Source: Candidatus Sulfobium sp. (GTDB lineage: Bacteria > Nitrospirota > Thermodesulfovibrionia > Thermodesulfovibrionales > UBA6898). From it: a DNA stretch of 64,000 bases. The stretch lies in the NCBI GenBank assembly GCA_037380845.1, contig JARRRI010000015.1, forward strand, positions 1 to 64,000. Reading direction: 5' to 3'. Under the pieces are notes generated by a model. The model worked only from the letters and a program-made list of their open reading frames with translations. It was not told the origin of the DNA and made no database searches. Shown here piece by piece: positions 54,236 through 63,126 of this stretch. The number at the start of each line of letters is the position of its first letter. Within the stretch, counting starts at the first letter, position 1. Both the position numbers and the translations under genes were made by a program.

Positions 54236-55174
54236 TCACAGCTGGTCATACGCCGCGGTCCGGTTTTTTCTGCGTGCCAGTTCGCTGGCGTAGCGCTTTC
54301 CCAGGGTCAGAGCATGCTCCCCGGCCCATTCGGTCAGTTTTGTTTTCCCTGCGGGAGGGGAATCCGTACAGAGGAGTCCCGCCATCAGGCCTTCGATCTC
54401 GTCATGTGTCAGCGTTATATCATTCAGTACCCTGCCGACTGCCACCCCGATAAAATAGCCGAGATCCCTGGGGATAGGGACAACGGGTCTCCGGTGTCCG
54501 ATAATCCTCCCGATCTCTTCGACCAACTCCCTGTAAGAGAACGTCTCCGGACCTATGGCATCGATAATCCTGTTTTCCATATTTTGCCCTTCCTTCACGG
54601 CCAACTCTGCCAGGTCATCTACGTAGATCGGCTGGAGCCGGTATCTTCCGTCACCGAAGACCCCGAAGACCGGAAAGTGCCGCAGAAACCAGGCGATATT
54701 GTTGATCAGGATATCTTCCCTGCCAAAAAGGACCGCCGGTCTCAGGATGGAATAATGGAGTCCCGATTCCTTCAATGCGCGTTCGAGCTTCGCCTTGCCT
54801 CTGTAATATTCGAACGGCGACTCCTCGGAGGGGTTGGCTATGCTTACGTGGACAATCTTTCCGACACCCGCTACCCGGGCGGCACTGAACAATGTCAGCG
54901 TATTTTCGATCGCCCGGGAATATGAGAAACCCGGATAATTGAACCTTACCCAATAGTTATTGTAGAGGACCGCCGCCCCCTCCAGTGAATCAGCAAGCTT
55001 ATCAGGATGGTCAAAATTGTACGGATATGCCTCCACCCTGCCTTGAAAGGGATTGCTGCGATGAGGAGAGTTTGTTATCGTGCGCACCCTACGGCCGGCA
55101 TCCAGCAGGCGCTTCGCGATGTATTTTCCGGAAAATCCGAAGGCGCCCGTTACGACATGAAGATCATCTCCCAT
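54236..55174 (-). CDS. NAD(P)-dependent epimerase/SDR (NDUFA9-like)
   Basis: VTGAFGFSG, YYRGK, LRPAVLFG, QPIYVDD. Confidence 0.88.
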   Translation of the reverse strand: MGDDLHVVTGAFGFSGKYIAKRLLDAGRRVRTITNSPHRSNPFQGRVEAYPYNFDHPDKLADSLEGAAVLYNNYWVRFNYPGFSYSRAIENTLTLFSAARVAGVGKIVHVSIANPSEESPFEYYRGKAKLERALKESGLHYSILRPAVLFGREDILINNIAWFLRHFPVFGVFGDGRYRLQPIYVDDLAELAVKEGQNMENRIIDAIGPETFSYRELVEEIGRIIGHRRPVVPIPRDLGYFIGVAVGRVLNDITLTHDEIEGLMAGLLCTDSPPAGKTKLTEWAGEHALTLGKRYASELARRKNRTAAYDQL

Positions 55175-55429
55175 AGTTTCTCCCTTCTTCCACTCTCACC
55201 GCCCCCCTCCAGGTCTCTTAAATTCCTCCTTCTCTCCTTTTCCGGTAAACAAAAGGCCGAACCTGCCATGGATAATCCCAGGCAGCTCGGCCATCTTCCC
55301 CTTACTAAGATCCGCCGCTTTCCGTCCCCTTCTCACGGAGGGTTGGGCTTTTTCGGGACACCTGTCTTAATTACGTCTATCACACAATGTGCCGCCTGTC
55401 AATCGTCATGCAGGCGGCAATTGACACAC

Positions 55430-55468
55430 GTTACATTAATGTTAAACTTCAGTTAAACGTCAGTTAAA
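55430..55468 (-). promoter_or_regulatory. Pho-box-like array (4 repeats) in reverse orientation upstream of phoB
   Basis: Plus-strand GTTACA/GTTAAA x3 at 55430/41/52/63 (TTTAAC x3 and TGTAAC on minus). Confidence 0.7.
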
Positions 55469-55518
55469 TCGCCCAAAGTCTGTTGCGGCGGAGTGGGCGC
55501 AAATGTTATATCTTAATC

Positions 55519-56235
55519 ATGATGAGTAAAAAGATCCTCGTCGTCGACGATGAGGCTGACATTGTAGAACTCTGCTCTTACAACCTCCGGAAGGAGGGGT
55601 ATGACGTAGCATCTGCACCGGACGGCGAAGCGGCCCTTGGAAAAATCAGGGAAGATAATTTCGACCTGGTCCTCCTAGACTTAATGCTCCCCGGCCTGCA
55701 GGGCGTAGAACTCTGCAGGATCATCAGAAACGATCCGGCGACCGCTTCTCTGCCGATCATAATGCTTACCGCAAAAACCGAGGAACTCGACAAGGTCCTC
55801 GGCCTTGAGATGGGAGCGGACGACTACGTCACCAAACCATTCAGTCCCAGGGAACTCCTGGCCCGCGTGAGGGCCGTCCTGAGAAGATCGGGGGCAAAAG
55901 CGGAGAGGGCGGCGCCGAAAGAAAAAGAAACGGTAATAAGGCTTGGTGCTCTTGTCATCGATCTCTCCGCTTACACCGTAATAAAAGACGGCAAACCGTT
56001 GGACCTCAGTTCTACCGAGTTCCGCCTCCTGTCACATCTGGTCGAAAACAAAGGTAAGGTATACAACCGTGAGCAGCTTCTCAATACGGTATGGAAGGAC
56101 GGGGGCTATGTCGAGCCCAGGACGGTTGACGTCCATATCAGGCGGCTGCGCACGCAGATCGAAGATGACCCGGCAAATCCTCTTTACATAAAAACAAAAA
56201 GAGGAATCGGATATTATGCCAATGCGGATGTTTAA
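55519..56235 (+). CDS. phoB: OmpR-family response regulator, PhoB/PhoP-like
   Basis: LLDLMLPG, IIMLTAK, GADDYVTKPFSPREL, wHTH RTVDVHIRRLR; Pho boxes and pstS nearby. Confidence 0.8.
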   Translation: MMSKKILVVDDEADIVELCSYNLRKEGYDVASAPDGEAALGKIREDNFDLVLLDLMLPGLQGVELCRIIRNDPATASLPIIMLTAKTEELDKVLGLEMGADDYVTKPFSPRELLARVRAVLRRSGAKAERAAPKEKETVIRLGALVIDLSAYTVIKDGKPLDLSSTEFRLLSHLVENKGKVYNREQLLNTVWKDGGYVEPRTVDVHIRRLRTQIEDDPANPLYIKTKRGIGYYANADV

Positions 56236-56270
56236 CCGCCCGGAGCCCCTCTTACCCCTCTGCTGATTCA

Positions 56271-57515
56271 ATGAATCCGTCGACACGGGTCTTCTTATGG
56301 GGTGTTGCCACATCTGCATTTCAGCTTGAAGGCTCTCCTCATGCCGACTGGACGTCATGGGATGCCGCATTAAGCCGGAAGCCCGACGTCACGGACCATT
56401 ATAAACTGTACAGACAGGACCTGGTACTGCTGAGAGACCTGGGGGTAAACTCCTATCGCTTCTCTGTTGAATGGAGCAGGTTGCAGCCCCGCGAAGATAG
56501 CTGGGACGAAAATGCCATCCGGCATTACCAGGACGTTGTGACGATCCTCCGGAGCTATAACATAGAGCCGATGGTCACCCTTCATCACTTCACCCACCCG
56601 CTCTGGTTCATAAAAAAATATCCCTGGCATGAAGATGCCTCCGTAAAAAAATTTCTCGAATATGTCGGAAAGATCGTTGCCGGACTGAAAGGGGTAAAGT
56701 TCTGGATAACCTTCAATGAACCGTATGTCCTTGTGCTGGGCGGATATTTCGAAGGCTGCACTCCTCCCGCAATCAAAAATGTCCCCCTGGGAATCAGGGC
56801 GCTTACGAATATACTGCGCGCCCATGCCTCTGCCTACGATATTATTCATTCCGTCAACCCGGATGCCCAGGTGAGTGTTGCTCACAACATGGCAGCGCTG
56901 GCACCGTGGAGAAAATGGAATCCCCTGGACAAGCTTTTGGCCCGGCTGGCAAAGTCTTTCTACAATCATTCCATGCTCGACGCTTTTCTCAGCGGTACTC
57001 TTAGCCTCAAATTTCCCTTCAGGGAAGAGCAGAGCATAGCCCTGCCCATAAAGGGGAAGCTCGATTTTTTTGGAGTCAATTATTACACGAGGATCCACAT
57101 GCGGTTCAATCCTTTCAGGAAGATGGCTGTAGAGATGAGGCATCGGGACATCGACGGATACGGGCTCACCGACCTCGGATGGGAGGTACATCCCAAGGGA
57201 CTCGAAAAGGTTCTCCGACACGCCTCCCGACTCAACATACCCCTCATCGTAACCGAAAACGGAATAGCTACCCGGGACGGCCAGAAAAAGATTTCATTCA
57301 TGAAAAGACATATTGATGTTATCGAGCGGTGCATCCGGGAAGGCATGGACATAAGGGGCTATTTTTACTGGTCTCTGATCGATAACTACGAGTGGCTCCA
57401 GGGGCTTGACTCCCATTTCGGACTCTACAGGGTAGATTTCGACACTCTCCAACGCACCCCCACAAATGCCGCGTCATATTATTCCTACATCATAAAAAGC
57501 CGGAATTTCTACTGA
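56271..57515 (+). CDS. Glycoside hydrolase family 1 (beta-glucosidase)
   Basis: FLWGVATSAFQLEG, TFNEP, IVTENG, WSLIDNYEW. Confidence 0.93.
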   Translation: MNPSTRVFLWGVATSAFQLEGSPHADWTSWDAALSRKPDVTDHYKLYRQDLVLLRDLGVNSYRFSVEWSRLQPREDSWDENAIRHYQDVVTILRSYNIEPMVTLHHFTHPLWFIKKYPWHEDASVKKFLEYVGKIVAGLKGVKFWITFNEPYVLVLGGYFEGCTPPAIKNVPLGIRALTNILRAHASAYDIIHSVNPDAQVSVAHNMAALAPWRKWNPLDKLLARLAKSFYNHSMLDAFLSGTLSLKFPFREEQSIALPIKGKLDFFGVNYYTRIHMRFNPFRKMAVEMRHRDIDGYGLTDLGWEVHPKGLEKVLRHASRLNIPLIVTENGIATRDGQKKISFMKRHIDVIERCIREGMDIRGYFYWSLIDNYEWLQGLDSHFGLYRVDFDTLQRTPTNAASYYSYIIKSRNFY

Positions 57516-57594
57516 TCCAAACAACTGATTTTGCTCCGGGATAGCCCGGCATGCATAAAAAGCCAATATATGGCGGTAAGGGCACATCCCCAAA

Positions 57595-57649
57595 TTTAAC
57601 CTCAATTTAACAGCGGTTTCATAATCCTGCAACGGAAGAACATTACTAT
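57595..57649 (+). promoter_or_regulatory. Pho-box-like array (4 repeats) plus -10
   Basis: TTTAAC/TTTAAC/TTTCAT/TGCAAC at 57595/606/617/628; TACTAT 10 nt later. Confidence 0.72.
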
Positions 57650-57689
57650 AAATAGAGCATGAAAAAACAGTTCCCTGCACAGACTGGCA

Positions 57690-58382
57690 ATGCTTCTGTG
57701 TGACTTTCACATTCACACAACATACTCTGACGGCTCGGTAGAGCTGAGAAGAACCATCGATATTTTCGGACAGGCCGGCTTCGATGTAATCGCTATTACC
57801 GACCACGTTGTCAACGGCGACAATTCGCTGGGAAAACTCGCTCACCGCTTCAAATATTCAGTCACCTCAAACAACTTTTACGGGTATATCGACCACATAA
57901 ACAGAGAGGCCAGGCGGGCCCGGGAAAAATACGGCATGCTGGTCATTCCGGGCGTTGAAATTAGCAAGAACCATCTAACGCCGGACAGGTCGGCCCACCT
58001 CCTGGTCATCGACATCCGGGATTTCATTCCCGCCTGCTGGAGTTATGAAGAGATCTTCCTGGAGGTGAAAAAACAGCGGGCCCTGACGGTCGCCTGCCAC
58101 CCGCATCATATGACCCTCAAGACCGACAGGGACACCCTCTTCCTCTGGAACAACCGGGACAAGTACGCCCGCTACATCGACGCATGGGAGATAGCCAACA
58201 GGGACGACATGTTCAACGTCGTAGGGCTGAAAAAATATCCTTACATCGCAAACAGCGACTTCCACAAACCAAGACACCTTTATTCATGGAAAACTCTTCT
58301 GAACTGCGAGAAGGACACAGAGGCGATAAAGGAATGCATCAAACACAACAAGGGCGTGGCGATGACGCTCTTCAGGAATTAG
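57690..58382 (+). CDS. PHP-domain phosphoesterase
   Basis: DFHIHTTYSDG, ITDH, PGVE, CHPH, NSDFH. Confidence 0.9.
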   Translation: MLLCDFHIHTTYSDGSVELRRTIDIFGQAGFDVIAITDHVVNGDNSLGKLAHRFKYSVTSNNFYGYIDHINREARRAREKYGMLVIPGVEISKNHLTPDRSAHLLVIDIRDFIPACWSYEEIFLEVKKQRALTVACHPHHMTLKTDRDTLFLWNNRDKYARYIDAWEIANRDDMFNVVGLKKYPYIANSDFHKPRHLYSWKTLLNCEKDTEAIKECIKHNKGVAMTLFRN

Positions 58383-58391
58383 GAGGTGAGC

Positions 58392-59606
58392 ATGACCTTT
58401 TTTTGGATATGCGCCGTCATTGCACTTATTGGACTGGTCGGTTATCTGTTCCAGTCGCTATCAGTGCGGTTCTATACTGCGCCGCGTCTCACGGAGGAAG
58501 AAGGCCGTTACCGGAGTCTTCCGCCCGTCTCGATTCTCAAGCCTCTGAAGGGACTCGATGACGGTCTGTTCGACAACCTCGAAAGCTTCTGCAATCTCGA
58601 TTATCCCGCGTATGAGATCATCTTTGCGCTGCAGAACAGGAACGACCCGGCGGGCAGGGTGGCTGAAAGGATAAAAGAGAAATATCCCTCAAAAGACATA
58701 TCGGTCGTTGTCGAATTCTGTGACGATGGTTTGAATCCGAAAGTAAACAACCTCATACCAGCTTATAAAAGGGCGAAATACGACCTCCTGCTCATCAGTG
58801 ACAGCAATGTCCGCGTCGAGAAAGACTATCTGGCGGCCGTCGCCGGCCATATGACGGATCCCTCTGTTGGGCTTGTCAGCAATATGATCAAGGGGGTAAA
58901 CGGACGCTCGCTCGGCGCCGTTCTGGAAAATCTCCACCTGAATTCCTTCATCGTCGGAAGTGTCTGCTTCCTGGACAAATATCTGGGGCTGCCCTGCGTT
59001 ATCGGAAAATCCATGCTGATGAAGAGGAGCGACCTCGAAGCCATAGGGGGTTTTGCAGCTGTCAAGGACCTTCTGGCGGAAGATTACATCATAGGGCAAC
59101 GCATCCATAAACTCGGCAAGAAGGTCGTCCTGTCGAATCACATTGTCGGGAATGTCAATGAATACTGGGAATTCAGAAAGTTTTTCAACAGACATACCCG
59201 CTGGGGCAAACTGAGATGGCACATCGGAGGGATAAAGTACTTCCTAGAGCTGATCGGCAATGCGGTCTTCATTTCCTGCCTGCCCCTTGTTTTTTCTCCG
59301 CTAAGAGTGTCGCTGCCCCTTGCCGCACTGGTAAGTTCGTTGAAGATAATCTGTGACTACTATATCGGGAGGAAACTCGGAGCGCGCATGAACCCCTTAC
59401 TGTATCTCCTTGCACCGGTTAAGGATATCTTCATAGGCTGCATATGGTTCGTTCCTGTTTTCAGCAACAGGGTCGTCTGGAGAGACAACACATATCTGAT
59501 CGGCAAAGACTCTCAGCTGTTTCCATGTCCTGCCGCCGGCAAGCGGCACTGGAGACCTGCAATTATAGCGGCCATCAGGTCGAAGCTCGCATTATCCAGG
59601 TCATGA
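58392..59606 (+). CDS. GT21/ceramide-glucosyltransferase-like (HpnI-like) glycosyltransferase
   Basis: N-terminal TM, PPVSILKPLKG, NPKVNNL, ISDS, LAED, RHTRW, WR near C-terminus. Confidence 0.88.
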   Translation: MTFFWICAVIALIGLVGYLFQSLSVRFYTAPRLTEEEGRYRSLPPVSILKPLKGLDDGLFDNLESFCNLDYPAYEIIFALQNRNDPAGRVAERIKEKYPSKDISVVVEFCDDGLNPKVNNLIPAYKRAKYDLLLISDSNVRVEKDYLAAVAGHMTDPSVGLVSNMIKGVNGRSLGAVLENLHLNSFIVGSVCFLDKYLGLPCVIGKSMLMKRSDLEAIGGFAAVKDLLAEDYIIGQRIHKLGKKVVLSNHIVGNVNEYWEFRKFFNRHTRWGKLRWHIGGIKYFLELIGNAVFISCLPLVFSPLRVSLPLAALVSSLKIICDYYIGRKLGARMNPLLYLLAPVKDIFIGCIWFVPVFSNRVVWRDNTYLIGKDSQLFPCPAAGKRHWRPAIIAAIRSKLALSRS

Positions 59607-59620
59607 GAAAGGAGGCTTAC

Positions 59621-59858
59621 ATGTCGTCAGCACCTGTGCATTTTTCACAAATAAGCACCACAGACGCCGAACATGACTGCCCATTCGGAAACGTGGAATC
59701 CGGCATCTGTTCCCGGAAACGTGGAATCCGGCATCTGTTCCGCATCGTTGTCTTCCATGGTTATCGGGCCGCACCGCAGGCGGTCTTACTGCAGCAGTGA
59801 CAATTACGACAACTGTCCTGTTTTTCTTGCAAAGATGCTGCGGAAGAAAGATTGGTAA
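59621..59858 (+). pseudogene. Cys-rich microprotein A (CX9CX17CX7C), frameshifted by a 28-bp duplication
   Basis: AAGGAGG RBS; removing one repeat copy restores a 69-aa ORF. Confidence 0.75.
59686..59741. repeat. Perfect 28-bp tandem duplication
   Basis: CGGAAACGTGGAATCCGGCATCTGTTCC x2 (59686-59713, 59714-59741). Confidence 0.95.
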
Positions 59859-59981
59859 ACCTGGACTGTAAAACTCAAGCAGGACTATAGGAAGAGATGC
59901 CGACTAATGACTCGAATGCCGCAGCCGAAATCAGGAGTTCACGTACCGTCCATAAAAAACATCAAGCGTCAGGAGGAAGAC

Positions 59982-60200
59982 ATGAAATGCATGTATCTTG
60001 TCAAGAGGACGAACCTGTCCTGCAGGGCCCTGGAAAGACCTTACGCCCCCAGCCTGTTTCAGCTTACCGAATACTGCAGGAGCACTGCCTACAGGAAGTG
60101 TCCGTTTTATCTTCAGGGCATCATAAGCGCTAACCAAAGAGAAGACAGTGTTGGGCAGCGCCGCCGGAAGAAATGCTCCATGACTTCATTTTGCCGGTAG
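59982..60200 (+). CDS. Cys-rich microprotein B (CX10CX17CX7C)
   Basis: AGGAGG RBS; MKCMYLVKRTNLSC...YCRSTAYRKCPFY. Confidence 0.75.
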   Translation: MKCMYLVKRTNLSCRALERPYAPSLFQLTEYCRSTAYRKCPFYLQGIISANQREDSVGQRRRKKCSMTSFCR

Positions 60201-60208
60201 CTGAGAAG

Positions 60209-60263
60209 GTGAACGAAGATTTCATGTTGCTGAAATAATCCTGTAACTTCTCTTCATTAAAAT
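60209..60263 (+). promoter_or_regulatory. Pho-box-like array plus -10 upstream of microproteins C/D
   Basis: GTGAAC/TTTCAT/TGAAAT/TGTAAC at 60209/20/31/42; TAAAAT 10 nt later; shares ATAATCCTG(C/T)AAC-N7-CATTA with the PHP promoter. Confidence 0.6.
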
Positions 60264-60292
60264 ATATACAGTTCAAAAAAAGGAGGAGTCCA

Positions 60293-60484
60293 ATGAAATG
60301 TCCGGCATGCGGCAGAACAATGTTGGAGACTGGAAGATTCGCCGAGTGTCCCAACATCCTGTGTGATTACCAGGAAGAAATCGAAGGCAGGGAACCAGTC
60401 CTTACGGCAAGGCGTGACTTGCCGCAGATCGTCTTCATCAACAGTCCGAACTACCCTATTCCTGAGAAGCAAAGGACGATATGA
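60293..60484 (+). CDS. Zinc-ribbon-like microprotein C
   Basis: AAGGAGGAG RBS; MKCPACG...ECPNILC. Confidence 0.75.
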   Translation: MKCPACGRTMLETGRFAECPNILCDYQEEIEGREPVLTARRDLPQIVFINSPNYPIPEKQRTI

Positions 60485-60765
60485 CGATTACAATGATAAA
60501 AGAAAGAAGACAGCTTGTCGAGTGCCCTTACTGCAACGCCGAAACCGATGTGTGCTTGGCGTCCCTGAGATCCGTCAAATTGAAGAAGCTGGTAAGGCTT
60601 CACCGCTGCAATGATAACAGCTATTACAGATGCGCGCTTTTCCTGGCCAAAAGGACCGGCCTGACATGCCGGCCGGCTTCCTCTTACACTGAGAACCTTC
60701 AGCCTAGGACCACTTCTTTCCCAGGGATTCCAGACCTGCCCGCCCGAGATCTTCGGGACTCATGA
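60481..60765 (+). CDS. Cys-rich microprotein D (CX9CX17CX7C)
   Basis: ATGA coupling to C; CPYCNAETDVCLASL...CNDNSYYRCALFLAK. Confidence 0.75.
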   Translation: MTITMIKERRQLVECPYCNAETDVCLASLRSVKLKKLVRLHRCNDNSYYRCALFLAKRTGLTCRPASSYTENLQPRTTSFPGIPDLPARDLRDS

Positions 60766-61009
60766 CGATGTGGAATTCCACGCAGGCACTGAACTCCAAA
60801 AACCAGGGCTCCGCAATGCCTGGCACTTTAGAGGCGTCCGGCAGATCAACAATAATGACAGCCGAACGCAGACCGTTGTACTCCGTGAAATAGACGGATT
60901 CCGGTTTTATCTCGTCGAGAATATTTTGAATCTTTTTACCCACCGTGCCTTCTTTTACCGCTGCATTGAAGGACTCGTGAGGGAATTTCACGTGGACAAG
61001 CATTCTCAT
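60704..61009 (-). CDS. Conserved small hypothetical protein (GYD/DUF3303-like pattern)
   Basis: AGGGGAG RBS; KPESVYFTE, AEPWFL, MSPEDL. Confidence 0.75.
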   Translation of the reverse strand: MRMLVHVKFPHESFNAAVKEGTVGKKIQNILDEIKPESVYFTEYNGLRSAVIIVDLPDASKVPGIAEPWFLEFSACVEFHIVMSPEDLGRAGLESLGKKWS

Positions 61010-61318
61010 GGTGCTCCCCTTTCATAAACAATAGTTTATCGGGACCGGCCGATAATATTTGACCCATCCGTCTTTGACTTCAGAATATCATAAATAGTGA
61101 AATTGTCAACGAGTTGTCCCGGCGAGATGCTAATCTCCGCCTCCTGCCAGCCTGTCGGCCGCTTGCCCCAGACGCCTTGATTATTTTATGGTCTGAAAGT
61201 AAATTAAACAATGCGGAATCGAAGGGGCGGTCTCTTTCGTTTCCTGCTTCATAAGGGTACGGTTAAAGGAGAATATGAAGCATCTTCTATCGGTTAATTT
61301 GGCCCTGGGTCAATCGGC

Positions 61319-61519
61319 ATGAAACCAAAGGCAAGCTGCCACATCCGCCGTCTTCCCGACGGTGAAGTCATCGGCGAAATCGTCGGCGAAGACGGCCGGG
61401 TGCTGGAGACCAGGCATTTCGGAAAGTATACAGAGGAGGATTTTAAGCGTTTATCGAGCGTGATCAAGCAGGAGATGCCTGGGCTGGATGTCACCGGCAT
61501 AGAGATTTCCGGGAACTGA
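61319..61519 (+). CDS. Hypothetical protein
   Basis: 66-aa ORF with coding-like composition. Confidence 0.45.
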   Translation: MKPKASCHIRRLPDGEVIGEIVGEDGRVLETRHFGKYTEEDFKRLSSVIKQEMPGLDVTGIEISGN

Positions 61520-61725
61520 AAAGTATGAAAAGGGAGCTCATACTGATATCCTCTTTAATCCCGGCACCCTGACGATCTATATTGCATTGATCCCAAACGA
61601 AAACTATAATCAACAGGGGGAGGCGATAGCGAGGTGCACCTGACAGACCGCTTATTCAAAAAAGTCCCGATGTCTTCCGGATTGTCTGAGCCGGCGGCAA
61701 ACTTCAACTGTAGAAGGAGGTCCAA

Positions 61726-63126
61726 ATGAGCTGGCTGAATGCCCTGGACGGTTTCATGTGGGGCAAATACATGATGATCGCGCTTTTTTTCACCGGCATC
61801 GTGTTGACCGTCAGACTCCGGGGAGTGCAGTTCAGAAAGCTGGGACATGCCTTGAAACTGGCCTTCACCGGCGCTTCTTTCAAGGCCGGGGCACAGGACG
61901 AAGGAGACATCACCCCCTTTCAGGCCCTGATGACCACCCTGGCCTCCACCGTGGGCAACGGCAATATCGCCGGGGTTGCCACCGCTATTGCCCTGGGTGG
62001 ACCGGGCGCGCCGCTCTGGATGTGGATTACGGCGCTAATCGGCATGGCCACCAGGGGAACGGAGGCGATGCTCGGTGTAAAATACCGGCGCAAAGCCGAT
62101 GACGGGACGATGATCGGGGGAGCATTTTATTATCTGGAAGAAGGCGCATCCGAGCATATCGGGAAGAACCTGGGAAAACTCCTGGCCGTCTGCTTTGCCT
62201 TCGCCGGCATGATAGCCGCCTTCGGAATAGGCTGCATGGTCCAGTCCAACAGCGTTGCGCTTTCTGTTACCACCCTCTTCAATATCAAAGATGTCGCCAC
62301 CGCCAACTTGGCGGTGGGTTTCCTTCTGGCAGCTCTGACGGCCGTCGTCATCCTGGGAGGTGTGAGGCGGCTGGGCTCAGTTGCCGAATGGTTCGTGCCG
62401 TTGATGGCCGTGGTCTATATCGGCAGCGGGTTGATCGTCATCCTGCTCAGGATCGGCGCCCTTCCCGAGGCCGTTGCCCTGATCTTCCACAGCGCTTTCT
62501 CTGGTCAGGCGGCCGCCGGCGGCTTTGCGGGGGCAGCGGTTGCCAAAGGCATTCAGTTTGGCGTGGCCCGCGGCATCTTTTCCAACGAAGCCGGACTGGG
62601 CACCGGTTCGCTGGCACACTCGGCCGCCAGGACCGCCGATCCCGCCAGACAGGGGCTGATCGGGATGACGGGAACGTTCATCGACACCATCGTGACCTGC
62701 TCTGTCACTTCTCTGGCTATTGTCATGACAGGCGCATGGCAGACCGGCCAGACCAGTACCGCCCTGACCATCACCGCCTTCAGCAGTGTCATGGGAATAT
62801 TCGGGGGGTATATCGTTACCATGGGTTCGGTTCTGTTCGGCTATTCCACCATTCTGGGCTGGTCCTACTACGGCGAACAGTGCACCGAATATCTGTTCGG
62901 TTCGGCTACCAACATTCCCTATCGGGCCCTGTTTGTTATTGCCACTTTTATCGGCGCCGTGGCAAAGCTTTCCTTTGTCTGGACCCTGTCGGACGTGTTG
63001 AACGGTTTTATGGCTATTCCCAACCTGATCGGTCTGCTCGTTTTAAGCGGTGTCGCGGCCAGGACTTTAAACCATTATCTGGACGGCATTTCGGCCGAAG
63101 AGAATCCGGGCACGAATCACAGCTAG
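61726..63126 (+). CDS. Alanine/glycine:cation symporter (AGCS)
   Basis: TVGNGNIAGVATAI, GGPGA, RGIFSNEAGLG, FIDT, MAIPNLIGL. Confidence 0.93.
   Translation: MSWLNALDGFMWGKYMMIALFFTGIVLTVRLRGVQFRKLGHALKLAFTGASFKAGAQDEGDITPFQALMTTLASTVGNGNIAGVATAIALGGPGAPLWMWITALIGMATRGTEAMLGVKYRRKADDGTMIGGAFYYLEEGASEHIGKNLGKLLAVCFAFAGMIAAFGIGCMVQSNSVALSVTTLFNIKDVATANLAVGFLLAALTAVVILGGVRRLGSVAEWFVPLMAVVYIGSGLIVILLRIGALPEAVALIFHSAFSGQAAAGGFAGAAVAKGIQFGVARGIFSNEAGLGTGSLAHSAARTADPARQGLIGMTGTFIDTIVTCSVTSLAIVMTGAWQTGQTSTALTITAFSSVMGIFGGYIVTMGSVLFGYSTILGWSYYGEQCTEYLFGSATNIPYRALFVIATFIGAVAKLSFVWTLSDVLNGFMAIPNLIGLLVLSGVAARTLNHYLDGISAEENPGTNHS

Noticed and set aside
54120..55360. Pyrimidine-rich stretches flanking the epimerase as MITE/REP ends
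   Set aside because: No clear terminal inverted repeats or target-site duplication could be aligned
59686..59741. 28-bp direct repeat as a CRISPR array
   Set aside because: Only two adjacent copies, no spacer, no cas genes, and it lies inside a CDS
59621..60765. Cys-rich microproteins as RiPP precursors for the window's radical SAM enzymes
   Set aside because: The radical SAM genes are 10-35 kb away, no leader/core layout or transporter is present, and fixed Cys spacing fits metal binding better
61520..61725. Glycine riboswitch expected before an AGCS transporter
   Set aside because: No GGAGA...CCGAAG...CTCTCAGG aptamer pattern visible
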